The notes beneath the pieces were generated by a model, which did no database searches, had not been told where the DNA came from, and saw only the letters and a list, made by a program, of their open reading frames with translations. Of a DNA stretch of 64,000 nt, positions 12,232 through 26,572 are shown one piece after another. The translations under genes were made by a program, and so were the position numbers. How positions within the stretch are numbered: the stretch's first letter is position 1; the number at the start of each line of letters is the position of its first letter. Source of the stretch: Vicugna vicugna (lineage: Eukaryota); NCBI GenBank assembly GCA_013265495.1, contig MU061538.1, positions 870,001 to 934,000 of the forward strand, in the 5' to 3' direction.

Positions 12232-15200
12232 CTTGAATTGGGGAAAAAGAGAAAAAAACCAACAATAAGCTGAGGGGCAAATTAAGACATGACATCAGAC
12301 AGGCATGATCAGGGAAAACAACACTCACGTTCGCAATCACACAGCTCACGGGGCAGGCAGAGGCTTCCTACCAACACAGGTTAATACGTAACGTGAGCTA
12401 GGCTCGGACACCAGCATCACCCTCTCTGTACTAAGGTCCCTGCTGCTGTCCTCACGGCATTAAGCTCAGTGACTGAGGGGGCACCGGAGGCCCCGCGGCC
12501 ACTAGAAGACAGAGTTCCAGGAGGTAAGGCCACTCTTAGAGACACACTTGACTTGCATGTTGAAAGCTGGCCCTCCCCCCTTCACATATTTAACAAAGGC
12601 AGATGGTCCTGGTCTCATGAAAAACGTATCCTTGCATTTAGAAGCATCCAAAACAGCTAATACTGAACCCAGACTGGAAGCCTGCAGCGTGGTCTCCCGT
12701 CTCGGGCCCGGGCCCCGTTTCTGTTCCCGTCACCCTGCCGCCCAGAGCGGCTCCAAAGGGAGCAGCCTCCGGAGCTCTGCTCACCCCCCAGGAGCGGCGG
12801 GCCGCTGAGGCACCTCTCCCACCGAGATCCGCTCCCTGTCCTCTGGCTGGATGCGGCCCCTCTCTCACTGAGCACTCAGCTCAGAGGTTTGCTTGTGAGC
12901 TCTCCCTACATGAGAAAAGCGCCCACGCGGACAGGAGTGCGCTCGTCTCCCTCCATAGGTGCCACGCCTCGAGCATCTGATCCCACAGCTCCGTAGCTAC
13001 GGGTGAGGTGGCCGTGGCCAGGCGTCAGGACCACAAATCAAGGGGATGCCCACCACCGTCGAAGGCCCCGGAGACAGCGCAGCAGGGGAAGGCCTGGCAC
13101 AGGGGCCTGTCCTCGTGGGGCTGTGGTGAGCCTGGAGGAGCCCCCTGGAGCTTCGGGGTCTCCAAGGAGCAAGTTCAGGGGGCAGCACTGAGACAAGGGA
13201 CCCGGCTGAGCAGCCTGCACTCTGAGCAGAAATACTGGCCATTGGCCTTGGCACCGTCAGCACACCCTTTCCCTTTGCGCAGTCACAGCCCTCGGCATGG
13301 AGCGCTCCGCTGACAAAATAAAGACGCAGCGAGGGTGCGCACGAAGGACAAGGCACAGCTCCCTCCCTCACCGCCAAGGCAAGGCTGACGGAAAATGGCT
13401 GTGTGCGTGCAGGACCGGACCCTCTTCTCTCTCCCGAGTCCCTCCCCACCAGGCCTCGCTCTGGGCTGTCCACACAGTACAAGTTCTGCTGACGTGCAGA
13501 GGAGAAAAGATTACTGTCACCTCTTTTGCTGATACTAGTAAAAATAATGTTTTGTATCTTTTATTTCCCTTGCCATTAAATGCCGGTGTACCGACACAAC
13601 AGATGCTACCGATAAATACTGTTTAGCGGAACATGGTGCAGGCTGAGCCACCGAGCTGCAACGTGGAGCGAGTATTTCCTGAATCGAGAAAAGCAACAAA
13701 GCCACTCTCAGCTGTGATCCCTATCAAGGATCCTTGCATTTAAGATCACCACCACCATTCACGCACATATGTACCAGCAGGCGCGGAACCCTTACACTGG
13801 TCCCCTAAGAAAAGATGAGGGCGCCCCTGCAAAACTGGCTTGTTTGTTCTCTTTAGCCCCCGTGAGGGAAGCAGAGGGAGCTAATCATTTTCACTTTAAC
13901 GAGAGGAGGTGTGAGGGGAGCAGAGGCAGCTGTGTGCCGTGGTCTCATCCACCCGGGACACAGATGAAACATGTCCCCTGATACTCCGCTGACTGCTCTT
14001 TCTGCCACAAACACTGACTCAAATATTCCTCTGAAAACAGGCCACTCTCTAAGTCTTACGTGCAAATAAAAAGTTCATAACTGACTGCAACGGAAAGGAA
14101 AAGACATCAGCTCCTAACCCGGAGAGTCGGCTGGATCACGAGCGTCAACAGGACCTCAGAAGAGCCCTGGCCTCTGGACACACCCTCAGAACTGAGGCTT
14201 CCACGCTGGCCTGGCAACTCCCCCGCCCCCAACTGCCAGAGCACCCGCCACAGCCAGGGGTGGACGTGGGGCTGGCCTCACTGCGCAAGCCAGGAAGGGG
14301 CGAGCGCCCCTGCTGGGCACTGGTGCAGGGACGTCACAGACACACAGACCAGCCACCCCGTGTCCCTTCACCCTTGCCTGCATCCCAACCCTGCGCAGCC
14401 TGTGAGGCCACAGCCCTGAACCCCCGCCTCCAGGTCGGACAAGGAAACTTCAACAGGCTCCTCCGAGGACCCTTCCACTCACTGAAGCCCAGGGTCCCAG
14501 CTGTGGAAGCCCTGCTGTGAAACTCTTCTCAAGTTAAACAATGCCATTTTCACAGGAGTCAGGCATTTCACCTAAACTTTATTCCAGTAATAGATGTGAT
14601 GAGATATACTTTAGGGATACGTGAATACACTGCAAGTTTCTTAAGGGACTTCATTTTAATAAATTAAACAAGTGAAAAACTGATTCTCAAATGAGCACTT
14701 AAGAAACAACAAGTTTTTAAAATAACTTTACCAACTTATAATAATTTAACATAATTAGTACTACCTCATTTTTCTCTCGTACTCTGTGACGCCGTCTCCT
14801 CAGCAGGAGACGAACGCCATGGACAGACAGGCACTCCCCAGGCGCAGCGGGGACAGGGTGCCTGCTCCTGAGCTGAGGCGCTCGGAGGCCGGCGACAGCT
14901 TCCTGCGCCCACGACCCCCAGGCTCCTTTCGCCCCAGGCCAGCCTGCCACCCAGGACGCCAAGGCTGGCACAGCCGTTAAGGGGCTGAAATACACAGAAT
15001 AACAACAACGCCAGTAGTAGCAGAGGTGAAAGGATACAAAAGACGTTTTCTAGAACTTAAGTGCTGCTGGGTTTCTCTCGCATCTCTGCTCACTGTCGAC
15101 ACAAGACAAATCGCTTAACCTTCGAGAGCTTTACCAGCTGCAATGCGGGCATTAAAAACTCCCTTCAGTCACTTAAGATGCCTTAGAACTAGAAGAAAAA

Positions 15201-16239
15201 ACATGAAAGTAATGCAAAGTAACGCTAGGAATACCCCGACACGCCCTTCGTCGTGAGAGCAGTGGCCCCTCACAAAGCGCGACTGGGAGGCCCCCGAAGG
15301 CCCTGGAACAGGACCGCCGTCCTCTCTACGCACCAGACGAACACGCTCCAGACCCAGCAAGTCCAGCACACGGAGCGCATCGCCGACCAGGTCAGACGGC
15401 AGGCGCGGGCACGCTCACGTTCTGGACACCCCAAGTTCACCCACCAAACAGCCTTTCTTTTTACTTCTTGTCTCAAAAGAATTTTTTTTAAAAAGTAGAT
15501 AGACACTCTTCCTTCCCAACTCTGGCCCTAAATCCGAAAAGTGCTTTCCTGTGCAGGACCGGCTGGCTCACAGCTCGCAGGCGGGCTGGGACCGCCGTCC
15601 CCACCAGCGCAGTCAGCACCTCGTGCAAGCGCACTCACAACCGAGCCACACTCTTCACACGCAGTGCAGACGGGTCAGCTGGGACCTCTGCACAGCAGGC
15701 GCCGGCGTGGGAACGGGCTAAGCCGCTGACCGGAAGGGTGTTGACGTGAGTACTACATTCCCCACGCATCACACAGTCAATGAGGACACACACGGCAAAG
15801 GCTCCAGCCTTCAAGTCATGTAATGACTCATATAAAAAGTCAAATCATGTCAATAAAAAGGTCTAAACACAAACTTGCACAGTATTTTACCTGTTCGTAA
15901 TGGTGTGAAATTTGCTTCAAATCTGTATGTTCACTATCAAAACCACGGAAGTCACATGGAGCAAAGAACTGTCAAGATTCTGGTTTTCAAGTACTAGGAT
16001 TTTTAAAACAAATTCACCCTCAGATAAAGCCACACTCTGAGTAACAAATACAGGTAAACAACTGTAAGTTAGGCATTAATTTTTTTCATTTTGGGAAACT
16101 GAGACCATTTAGAATTTTTCTTCTCATATAAAACAAGCTAAGAATAGCAGTACTTAAGAATACCTTCTTACAGTACTTTTTATCAGGTTGCCACTTTCCA
16201 CGTCTTTAAGCTCAATCTGTAAGTCTGGGTAACACATAC

Positions 16240-16326
16240 CCTGTGATCATCCGTGTTGTCATAGAAGATATGAGGAACCAGAGATGTCTCAGAAACCTGG
16301 CGTTAAAGGCTAAACTGTAGAGAAGC
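16240..16326 (-). CDS. UBE3C: UBE3C exon 11 (87 nt): (R)LLYSLAFNARFLRHLWFLISSMTTRMIT(G)
   Basis: Hand translation; acceptor ttccttttAG, donor AGG|GTATGT. Confidence 0.96.
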
Positions 16327-19300
16327 CTAAAAGGAAATGGGGGAAACGAAGTAAGAGTTAGCAAATATTTACTCAGTATTTTTCTTCAAAAAGAAAAAAG
16401 CTGTAAACTGAAGATAACGCACCATCTGGAAAACATCTGCACGAACACCGCAGTGGGCCTCCTGGGGAGCACGCCCAGGCAAGGGGGGCTGCACAGCACG
16501 AGCTGAGGCGGCCTGCCCTCTGAGCACAAACCATAATACACCAACAGGCCGCAATACTCTGCGTCACTAGTGTCACTGCTACCAACACACACTAACATTT
16601 GTAATGCTTAGTGGCTGATTTTAAGGACTCCTTTAAAAACAAACACATTAAGACATTTTTTATGTTAACTAACATCTCAAAAACAATCTAAATCTAAAAA
16701 TACATTTTAAAGGTTTTTAAGAACCCCTCCTGTATAATATCAATCTGATTAAAAAGACTAAGGAACGTTGTGGGAAAAGGGCGTAAGTTTAACTCAGCAT
16801 ACTATACTTATGTAACAGGACATAACTTCTATTTACAAAGTTATAATCAGGAAAGCCTGCATAAAACATTTTTAGAAGTGCAGGCGTCAGAAGTTAAATT
16901 TCAAACTTATGAGACCAATCCCAGTGAAAAAAGGTTTAAAGTGGCAGGAGAACACGGTTGTAGGAAAGGAATGTGATGGTCTTCAGAATCCCCAGGACAA
17001 CAAGGAGCCAAAGAGCAAGCACAGAGCACGCCGTCTCGGTCTCCGCCTCCGCCACGCGACTGGGACGCACGCTCGGGGGAAGCACCACGGGAAAAGAACG
17101 CCGTGTTTGCACACCCACCCATCCATCGTGCGGTCCTGTGCACTCTCCGTGGGAGCTGAGCAGCACCGTCACCGAGTGGGGAAGAGAGTCACATCGGCAC
17201 TCAGCAGAGCAGGCAGCGGACCAGGGGCCCTGAAAAACGAGCACAGGGCTCCTCCAGCCCCCCCGAAGCGCGGCCACCAGCCAGGGTCTCTTCAGACCAC
17301 TTCCAGGTCGTTTCATGAGAAACGGTCATTCACAGTAACTGGATGACCTGACTAAATGAAAACACTACGGAGTGTGCATCCACAATCCTCTGTGGAGCTA
17401 ATCACCAGTCACTGTGAACACAGGACCGAGTATAATATTAGCTATTTTAATAGACTAAAATTTGCTGGTAGTGCATTAATTTAAATACCCATAATAGAAG
17501 AGAAATGAACAGGGGTTAAATAAGTCACTTTTCAATACAAAAATCTCAAATTTAATTGAATATTTTTCTATACTCAATCCAGAATATCAGACACATTCTT
17601 CAGGATTAGCATTTTCTGAGTACACCACAGGGGTTAGGGAGAACTGGTCTGAAAAATCCAGCCTTACATTAGTGTGGTGAGTTTTGTGATGTCCACATGG
17701 CATTAAAAGCACAATCACTTAAAAACAGTGAAAGCATGAAAGACTACGTAAGATCTCCCTAGAATCACGAATCTTAGCCTAGAAAGAAATCTCTCAGCTC
17801 ACTAAGACCATCCCCCCTTCAAACGCCACGGAGGCCGGAAGCAAGCCTCCGCTAAGTCAGAAAACAAGGAGGCCGTGTTACGCCAGCTCCAGGGTCTCCT
17901 CCAGCCCAAAGCGCGATGCTTCCACGGGAGTGAGTCAGGTTCGTTACACGCGCATATATCCAAGCGGTCATTTTGTAAGAACAAAATTTACTGGAAGAAT
18001 GACAAGTGGCGATAACACAGTAAGTTGTAAGAGACCAATTAAATAAGCCGTGTTATTAAGTGCACTGAGTCCTTGTCATTCATGTCCAAGCAAATTTCCA
18101 CTCAGAAGTCACTTCAAAAAGATTTTACTGTTGAAAATTAGCGCTGTGTTGGAAAATAATAACGCTCCCCACCTCTGAGATTTAACACGCCTGCCACACG
18201 CCTAAATGTAAACGAAGAGTCAGACGTCCACGGGCTGCCTCTGTGGCTGCTCTGTACGCTGTGAAAGACACCCAGAGAACCACACAGGAAACAGAGTAAG
18301 CTGGACGCCATAAGAAACGTAGGCTTTCAACATAAAAGGACTTTGGAAGGTAGTATTTGCTTGCCTTACTTCTCTTTAATCAAGATATTAAGTTCTTTTT
18401 AAAAGAATGTGCAATTTCACTGGCAAGCAAGATCTCTTAAAACTGTGTTAAATATGAATACTAACAGCACCTCAAAAATCTGAAGAATCATCTATTTTAA
18501 TCAGGTTTGTTTCCTTTCCTTTTCCTTCTTAACAGCAACACAACAAGGCAGAAGATCATTCACAGTATTTCATCCCACGATCCTGGAAAGAATCAGGGAC
18601 ACTTACTACCTGGGAATAAATAAAACGTCCAAATGAAAATGAGGTTCTCCAACATACTCTTATGACACGGTTTTTCAGTTAATATTATAATTAAGATCTT
18701 TCCACGTGAATATATATACATTTCTTAAACATCATTTGCATGGCTACATATTTCAAGTTATATTTCAAGTTAATTTTGAAACAATTATAGTTCCTAAATT
18801 AATCACGTAATGGGCAACAATAAAACAGATTATTAGACCTTTTATAAAGTAGTAAAGGCTATTTGGGGCTTTACTGCTAAAAGGCAAGGCCGTGCTATAT
18901 CCTTTAGATATACTGGGATATGTTAAAAATTACCCATTAAACTTTATTTAGCTGAGATAACTCCATGAGTTAATTGGTAAAGGGCAACATTTTCAACCCA
19001 GGTCATAAATTTGGGCCAGTTGTCTGCAAGGACTATTTAAGTTATTAAAGAGAACACGATGGAGCACACGGCGCACACGCAGGAGGAAAGGTCGCAACTG
19101 CAAGGCATCCCCAGGCACCCCCTCTGCATGGAAAGATGCCACAGGTACGGGGCATCGGGCCAGCCAGCCGCCCAGACCCCTCCACTCCCACAGCACGCAA
19201 GTGCAAGTGCGACACTGTGTTTTCCTGCTCAAAGTGTCACCTTATTGGCAAAAGCAGTATTAAAATACATATACACCATTTCACCTCTGAGATAATGCAA

Positions 19301-22300
19301 GATTAAAAATAAGCTCTAAATTTCCTTAATGATAATAAAAGTTTTAAGATGTATTTCAGTTTGAGGCAAGTTGCCAAAATTTTTTCCTTTACTGACAAAC
19401 TAGGATCTAAGAATGGAAGATAAGCTTTGGACATACAGCTGCGTTAAACTAATGTCCCAGCGCTAAAACCACGGTTTAAACAGACACCTTCCTTCCCCTG
19501 ACAATCGATTTTCTTTAACTTTAAGATGAGCAGACTTGGAGTGTGCTTCCCCCTACACTGCAGTTTAATGAAAATGGGCGAAAGCAGTGCTCACTAACCT
19601 GGGTGTCTTCCTTCACATTCCTTCCCCGTATATCTCTTAACACTTTTCTTAAAAGAAAGCTTAAAAAAAATTCTAAATAGCCTCTGTGCATGCTTTTCTC
19701 ATGTTTACTTGCATTTCCTGTGACTGACTCATCATTCTTAAATATTCAGGAAATTAGAAATTTCAAAACTCACTACAAATTATATTGCTAAATTTGACAA
19801 AAAGGAAGCCTATTAACCTGATGTCTCTAACAACTGTCAATTCACTTACAATCTACATGACTTCAAAACACACATAATAAAATCACTGTGTTGACGTGTT
19901 AAAAAGCTCACAAATTTTACTTGACCTTTTTAACAATGCGAAGTATAACAAAACCAACAGCTACTTAAATTTGTTGTTTAAACCAAAAACATTGCTGATA
20001 ATGAAAGCAGCATGAAATCACAGGCTAAAAACTAAGTATGTTTCTCTTTGTAGGTACATCTTCCATATTTCTTCTAAAATACTATAAAAAATTTGTTTAT
20101 AAAAATATGTAACAATGTGTACTTCTACAATATACACGTAACACAAATCTACAGTTTTCTTCACTGAAGTCACTTGCATAAGCATTCTATCTCCAACTAT
20201 TAAAGACACCATGTATAAATCAAGAACTAAGGTGTCTCCGTCACCACACTCACGTAATAGTGCTTAGACAGCAGATGAGGAAATGGCTGTCCTCTTCCAG
20301 GGCACACGATCATTTACTCACACAAGATTCATAACACAGACACAATTAAGATGGCTTGTTCTGTTAGGGTTTGATAGAAGAATCAAGCAGGTGTTGCAAT
20401 AAAACGGATTTTAATGGTGTATGATTCGATGTATGAACAAGGGAACTACAGGCAAATTGTAGTACCAACCTTTCTGATCCCTAAAGCACTACTTTTAAAA
20501 TTCCACTGCAAAGTTTTAGATCTCAATGAAATGAAAGAGCCAAGTTCCAAAGAGCACGCCCATCTGCCCACCCTGAAGCCAAACTCCTCAAAATCGGCGC
20601 TCTGAGAGTGGGTACCTACCACAAGAAGGAAACCTCACTGAAAGCGGGAACCACAGGTGAAATCTCAGGCTATGAGCTCAGGAAGCTTCTGAGAGAGGGC
20701 ACCCTCCGGGTGCCGCCAACAGACAACTCAGCAGAGGCGGAAGGACGCGGAGGGCAGCCGCCAGCACAGGCCGGAGGCGGGGCGTGAGATGCGGTGCGAG
20801 GGGGCGGGGGAAGCGCAGGCGCCGAGGCCTCGCTGGGGCGGACACTCTCCCGTGGCCAGAAGCGGGATTCAGAGAGGTAGCCAAACAGTAAGGAGAGGCC
20901 ACGCACAAATCAGTAAGCCAAGCTGTGTGAATCTTTTCCTGAACGAAAAAGGATTCGCTGGTAGATGTTTAAGCAGGAGAGCAAAATAACGGGGGTTCTA
21001 TTCCTGACAGCTCAGTCTGGCAACACCTGACACAAAGAACGCAGCGCCCGCACATCCGGCGACAGTGCACATGAGGACTGCTGAGAAAGGCAACCCAGCA
21101 GGACTTTCTGTGGTGATGGAAGTGGTCCCAGCTGTGCGGTCCGCACGGCAGCCACTGGCCACACATGACTGCCAAGCTCTGGAAGTGTGGCTCGTGTGAC
21201 TGAGCAACTGGGTCTGTACTTTCACTGAATTTCTACTAAAGTGAAGCAGTGGCGTTTCCCAGTGGCCACGCTGCAGGCTGCTGCAGCCCAGCGTGGCCCC
21301 CACGCTCTGGGGAAGGCGCTGCGTGCGATCTCGGGCAGTGACAGGAGTGCGGCAGCGCCCGCCGAGCAGCCGGAAGGAATCTGCAGCTCTGGAGAGTGGA
21401 CATGGCCCAGAGACTCCACTCAGGAGAAGAGAACCAAGACACTCAACAGGAAAAGAAGTCTCGGGTCCAGGAAACACTGAAACAAAGAACCTCGCACAGA
21501 GGACACTGAGGAGGAGCCCAGGAGGAGGGGGCAAGTCACAAGAGGACCCTGTCTGGCAGGCAACGGGCGGGCCGCTCCCAAGCTTCCTTATGCAAATGCA
21601 AAGCTGCTTTCTCCACCTCCCAGACATGGAAAGATTATCCCCATTGTTCTGTATCTTCCTTTTTTCACTTAAACATAGATCTCAGAAATCTTTCCAAATC
21701 AACGCAGCAAGGCCTCCACCTTCCTCTACACATCCTGACAATCAACATTAAACAGAAATTACAATCGCAAACCACAACCCTGAAAATAAGAGGGACTAAC
21801 AAGGACCCGGGAGGAGCTGAGAGGGAGTTATCAGTCTAGGAGTTTACTGATCGTCTTGTACAAACCTTAAAAAAAGTAAGCTGAGAGCAGTTAAAATCCT
21901 CAAGAGCTAAAGTAAGCCTATTTGCTCCTTCGTGGGCTATGAAAACATTCTAAACACTCGAAACCTAATATATTTAAACCATAAACAGAATTCCTAGAGT
22001 ACTTTCTTAGAGGAAATAGGTGCTGTACTCATAAAAGCAAGGCTACATATAAACCTCCTTTCCCATTAAACGCCTTTGGGAAGCGGTTCACTAGTAAACC
22101 CCAGGCCAGGGCAGTGACGCACTAAATCCAGTCATTACCACCCGAAGCAATGGACTTTGTGCTCCAATAAAAGCAAGTGGCCTGGCTCAGCCGCAGAGCC
22201 TCAGATCTCACATCCTGCTCCAGTGCAATTAGGCCACAGAGAGCTAATCACCTCATCTAGGGAACACAGTTTCACTGACATCTTACTTCCTCCGACAGTA

Positions 22301-23145
22301 ATAAACACCAGAGAGCTAAGACAGCACCTGATTGCCGGCTGCCTCAGTGTTTACAAGGCAGCTGCAGCCGATGACGTGGTCCACGCACACAGTGCATTTC
22401 AAAGACTGCTTTCCTAGCAGAAGAAACAGCTCTTTCTACGTTGGGGGACAGCACGTTACAAGAGAGGAGGACTCTAAGCCACGCAGACCGGCGGCTGTGC
22501 CGCAGTGGGGCTGGCCTGCAGCGCCGCTCCGCGGGCGGCCCCCGGCACCTACTACACAGCGCAGCACCGTGCTCGTACGTTTTTCTGTTGAACTCCAAGA
22601 AACCGCTCAACTGTCACTCCGAATAGAGGGAAAAAATGGTTTAAGACTGCTGTCATACTCATCTGCCACATTTAAACTTCCATGTTTTGTTTTGTCCCTC
22701 TCAAAAATTTACTTCAAAGTCTTGTAAAACTTTCTTGTTTCAGTATTTCAGATACTAGAGCACACTGTCAAGGGCAACCTGACAAAAAGAGTGCTATGAA
22801 AAGGCCTAAAAAGAGCATAAATGCTGGTTCTAGAACACAGGCACGAGGCAGACTTTTAAATGGGCGGCCAGGCCTAAGCGCCCTCCCCTCACCCAGATAC
22901 TGCACGAGAACGAGCTTCTTTGATTTGTGAGCATGCTACAGGAAAAGGATCTCAAAGTACTGGCTAGTTCAGAAAAGAGAGGCACAGAACAACTTCCGTC
23001 TTCCGCAAAAAGCAAGAACAGCCGCCACTCTAGGCCGTGCTCCCCTGGCAACGGCAGACACAGCTGACAGGCTGCGGGGAAGCTGCCCGCCAGGAGGGGA
23101 GGGGCACCAGCTCGGCCGCACCGCCGTCCACACGCGGACACTTGC

Positions 23146-23333
23146 CTGGCCTTGGGCACCATCACCCGGTGCTGCACCATGAGCGTGTGGCAGATGCCCG
23201 CCATCAGCGTGAAGGCCTCCTCGCTGGCCGAGTCCCTCCAGACCAGGTTCAACAGGGTGTTGGTCTGCTGCTTGGTATCCAGTTTTTTCAGACACTCCTC
23301 TGTTATGTACGGTACTGACAGTCTACCATCCTC
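23146..23333 (-). CDS. UBE3C: UBE3C exon 10 (188 nt): EDGRLSVPYITEECLKKLDTKQQTNTLLNLVWRDSASEEAFTLMAGICHTLMVQHRVMVPKA(R)
   Basis: Overlaps ORF 22830..23252; acceptor gtgttttAG; non-canonical donor CAG|GCAAGT keeps frame with exon 11. Confidence 0.95.
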
Positions 23334-24093
23334 CTAAAACACACCAGGTAAGTTAGTTAATAATGTTCTATCAGAACTGAGCTCTACCCTACAAAGATAC
23401 ATAGAATCTTCCTTTCCTTCAAGTGAAAACAGACAGGCGTTATCTGAAACGTATCCACCTCACGACGAACGTATCAGTATCTCTACTAACGCACCCAGTA
23501 ATCTAAAATCCTCCTGAGAGCCAGAGTCACTATCTGTATCAGGCACCAGTTCTGCCCAGCACTGTAGCACAGAACTGTGAATGCTCAGTTTTTGCTTACT
23601 AATGTGACAATATTTTCAGTCTGTACATTTTAAGAAAAGTTTCTTTCATATTTTTAAGATTGCATTGTACTATATACAAATATGTGTGAAAAATGTTTCA
23701 TCTGATAAAATTTCCATTTTAAATTCTTTGCGATATCACAGTTTAAGCAAAATACTCAGATATAAAGAACCTATAATTTAATCAAATGAAGTAAGTTATT
23801 TCGTATCTTGACTTTTCAAAAAGATCTGATTCATTGACTAAAACCTGCGCTAACACTCTATGCAGTTTACCTATCTGGGATATTAACCAAAGACATATGC
23901 CTTTTTCATATGTGTGTGTACATATATGAATATATAAAACTGGCCATATACACAGCATTGGGTATTGCTGACTTACTGTTTGGAAACTTGGATGAATATA
24001 ATTTATGTAACTTATAATAATCTACCAAATAAAACACTGTATTAGAGATACAGCTGATATATATCTTCACTCAGAAACAAATTACACTGCGTA

Positions 24094-24395
24094 CAGGCAC
24101 AGCCTGGAGACACTGCAGGTTTGGTTTTAACCATCACAATAAAGCAAGTATCTCAACAAAACGAGTCACGAATTTCTGGTTTCCAGCGCAGATGAAAGTT
24201 ATGCTTACACTCCAGCGTCATCAATTAAGTGCATAATGCAACAGCATTATATCTAAAAAAAAGGGTACACACTTCAACTAAAAAATGCTTTATTGCTAAG
24301 ATGCCAGCCATCACCTGACGGCACAGGGCTGCCAAGACCCTTCCACTTGTAAATAATGCAGTGTCTGTGAAGTGCAGGGAAACGAGGTGCGCCTG
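24094..24395. mobile_element. Short non-autonomous Tigger1-type (TcMar) element
   Basis: Inverted termini CAGGCAC... / ...GAGGTGCGCCTG flanked by TA at 24092-24093 and 24396-24397; internal sequence resembles Tigger1 ends. Confidence 0.85.
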
Positions 24396-24460
24396 TATAA
24401 ATAAAATTTTTATTTCACAGATTTTCTAGAAGGTAAGTAAGTGTTAAAAACTATCTTCTA

Positions 24461-24664
24461 TTTACAAATGTTGGCCACAGATTAAAAAAAATTTTCTTCT
24501 GTACAGCTCAGGGAACTATGTTCAGTATCTTGTAATAACCTCTAAAGAAAAAATATGACAACGAATATATGTACATATACGTGTGACGGGGACACTGTGC
24601 TGTACACCAGAAACTGACACGTTGTAACTGACTGTACTTCAATAAAAATATGATAAAATAAAAC
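24461..24664 (+). mobile_element. Short young L1 3' end with target-site duplication
   Basis: AGCTCAGGGAACTATGTTCAGTATCTTG...ACTGTACTTCAATAAAA; ACTATCTTCTA at 24450-24460 and 24665-24675. Confidence 0.88.
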
Positions 24665-25928
24665 ACTATCTTCTAAAAACAGAAGCTTTATCTACATTTC
24701 ATCTACAGGATCCCACTTCTTTTTTTAACCATACAATACAATTTACACTCTTTGGGGTACAGTTCTGAGTTCTTACAGATGAGAAGTTCCAGCATCCACC
24801 CAAAATTCCCATTCTGCCCCCTTGTCATCAGCCCCGCCCCGGCAACAATGACTGTGTTCCCCAGCCGCCTGTGATGACTTCCTCGCACACACGGCACTGC
24901 CTCGCCCTTCCACCCCACCCCACCCGGCAGACCCAGGCCGCTCTCGAGCGCACTCTTCCTGGGACTAGACTTAGCACTGATTAGTGTGAAATTTCCTCAC
25001 AGAAAAATACTTCACACCTAGTACAGCGATCCCTCAAGCCACTTCAATTAAGAGAAAAAAATTAATTAATAATTAAGAGAAAAAAAGTCACTTAGGTAAG
25101 ACACAAATTGCGCATACGTATATAAGACATAAGGTTTTTTATTCCTTAAAAACACACAGTAAACAGTGAGAGCTAAGAAATGAGAGAAGGGGAATCTGCA
25201 AATAATGTGTGACAATGCATTTAAAATGAATTCTAAAATAAATCATAACATTTACCCTCTATGAAGTTGGCAAAAACTGACAAAAGACGTTACGTGGTGT
25301 TCACAGACAGGGTGAGAAAGAACTTAACCTTTTTTTCCTTTAGGGGCAGGGAGAAGCGGGAAAGGGAGTGACTGCTGTGGATGCGTGTGGAGTGATGAAG
25401 ACGCTCTGAAACCGGAGCATGGGGGAGGCTGCACAGCTGCGCTCGTATTCTAAAAAAATCCCTAAATTTTAGATTACCTCAAAAGGGTGAATTTTACGGT
25501 AAGGCACATGGTGAGTGCACTTTCTCAGAACTCAAAACTCAACTCATTCACCTTTCAACCCAACAATGTCACTTCTAGGAACACTTCCTAAGTGACAATT
25601 AAACTAATACAGTGTGACCTGATTCCACACAAAACCGCCGAACACAAGCGCCGCAGGCACGTCTGCAGACGTGCAGGAGGAGGTGCGGAAGAGGGCATCT
25701 CCAGTCCCTAGGATGTTATCTCTGGGGACACAGCACAGCAGCAGAGGGGGCGGGAGGCCACAGCTCCACAGGCTGAAGGCCTCACCACAAGAATGCCTTC
25801 ATGTATGACTCATGTAATTAAACCATAAGGATGGACACCAAGTTAAAAAACACCTTCAAAGCCAGAGGAAGCCGCGGGCAGTGTACGCCACACAGGTGCG
25901 TGGGCCGGCGGGCAGGAACGGGGCTCAC

Positions 25929-26083
25929 CGGGGTGCTGGCCTGCTTGCCCGTCTCCTCGCTCTCGTCTTCAGAGTCACTGGCTGAATCCTGACAGCTTGC
26001 ATTAGCAGGTGACACTGGTAACTGAGACAGGAAGGTCTGGAGCACTCTCAAGTACACAAGCAGTCCTTCCTCAGAGAGGGTCC
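25929..26083 (-). CDS. UBE3C: UBE3C exon 9 (155 nt): (G)TLSEEGLLVYLRVLQTFLSQLPVSPANASCQDSASDSEDESEETGKQASTP
   Basis: Overlaps ORF 25818..26105; acceptor ttttacaaAG, donor CCG|GTGAGC; acidic Ser-rich linker. Confidence 0.95.
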
Positions 26084-26572
26084 CTTTGTAAAACGGTGAC
26101 AACACTTAATTAGAAGGGATCAAAAAGAAACCTGAAAACTCAGGTGATCATTTTTCTTATTCTCAGAGAGGCATTTCTGATCAGGACTTATTACAACTCT
26201 AACAACCCATATACAGAAGTATGCGTTAAAATACATTAGAGGACGGCAGCAAAACTCCAGAACAGGCACATCAGTAGTTCACATACATGAGAAAACCGTC
26301 TCTGTACTGAGAAGAGCTCTCCCATTCAACTCTAAAATTCTTTTTAATCTCCACGGCCTTATAATATGCATCTGTAACAGACTTTTCACCGTGCCTGGAA
26401 ACCTTCCCCAGGGACACAATCCAGGTCACAGCCCTTCAGCAAAAACACTCTTCCCAGAAATTCCCAGCCCAGAGGCCACCTTGACAACATGACACCCGCC
26501 AGGCACTCCCCTCCCTTGAGGTGCTGACACTACCTCCGTGTGAGTGTGGGCAAAATGTCTTGTAGTTCATAC

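Noticed and set aside
20998..21751. 209-aa and 152-aa ORFs in intron 10 (similarly 4327..5022 and 35824..36384)
   Set aside because: Low-complexity Pro/Arg/Gly/Ser-rich translations typical of stop-poor GC-rich intron; 35824..36384 overlaps MER20
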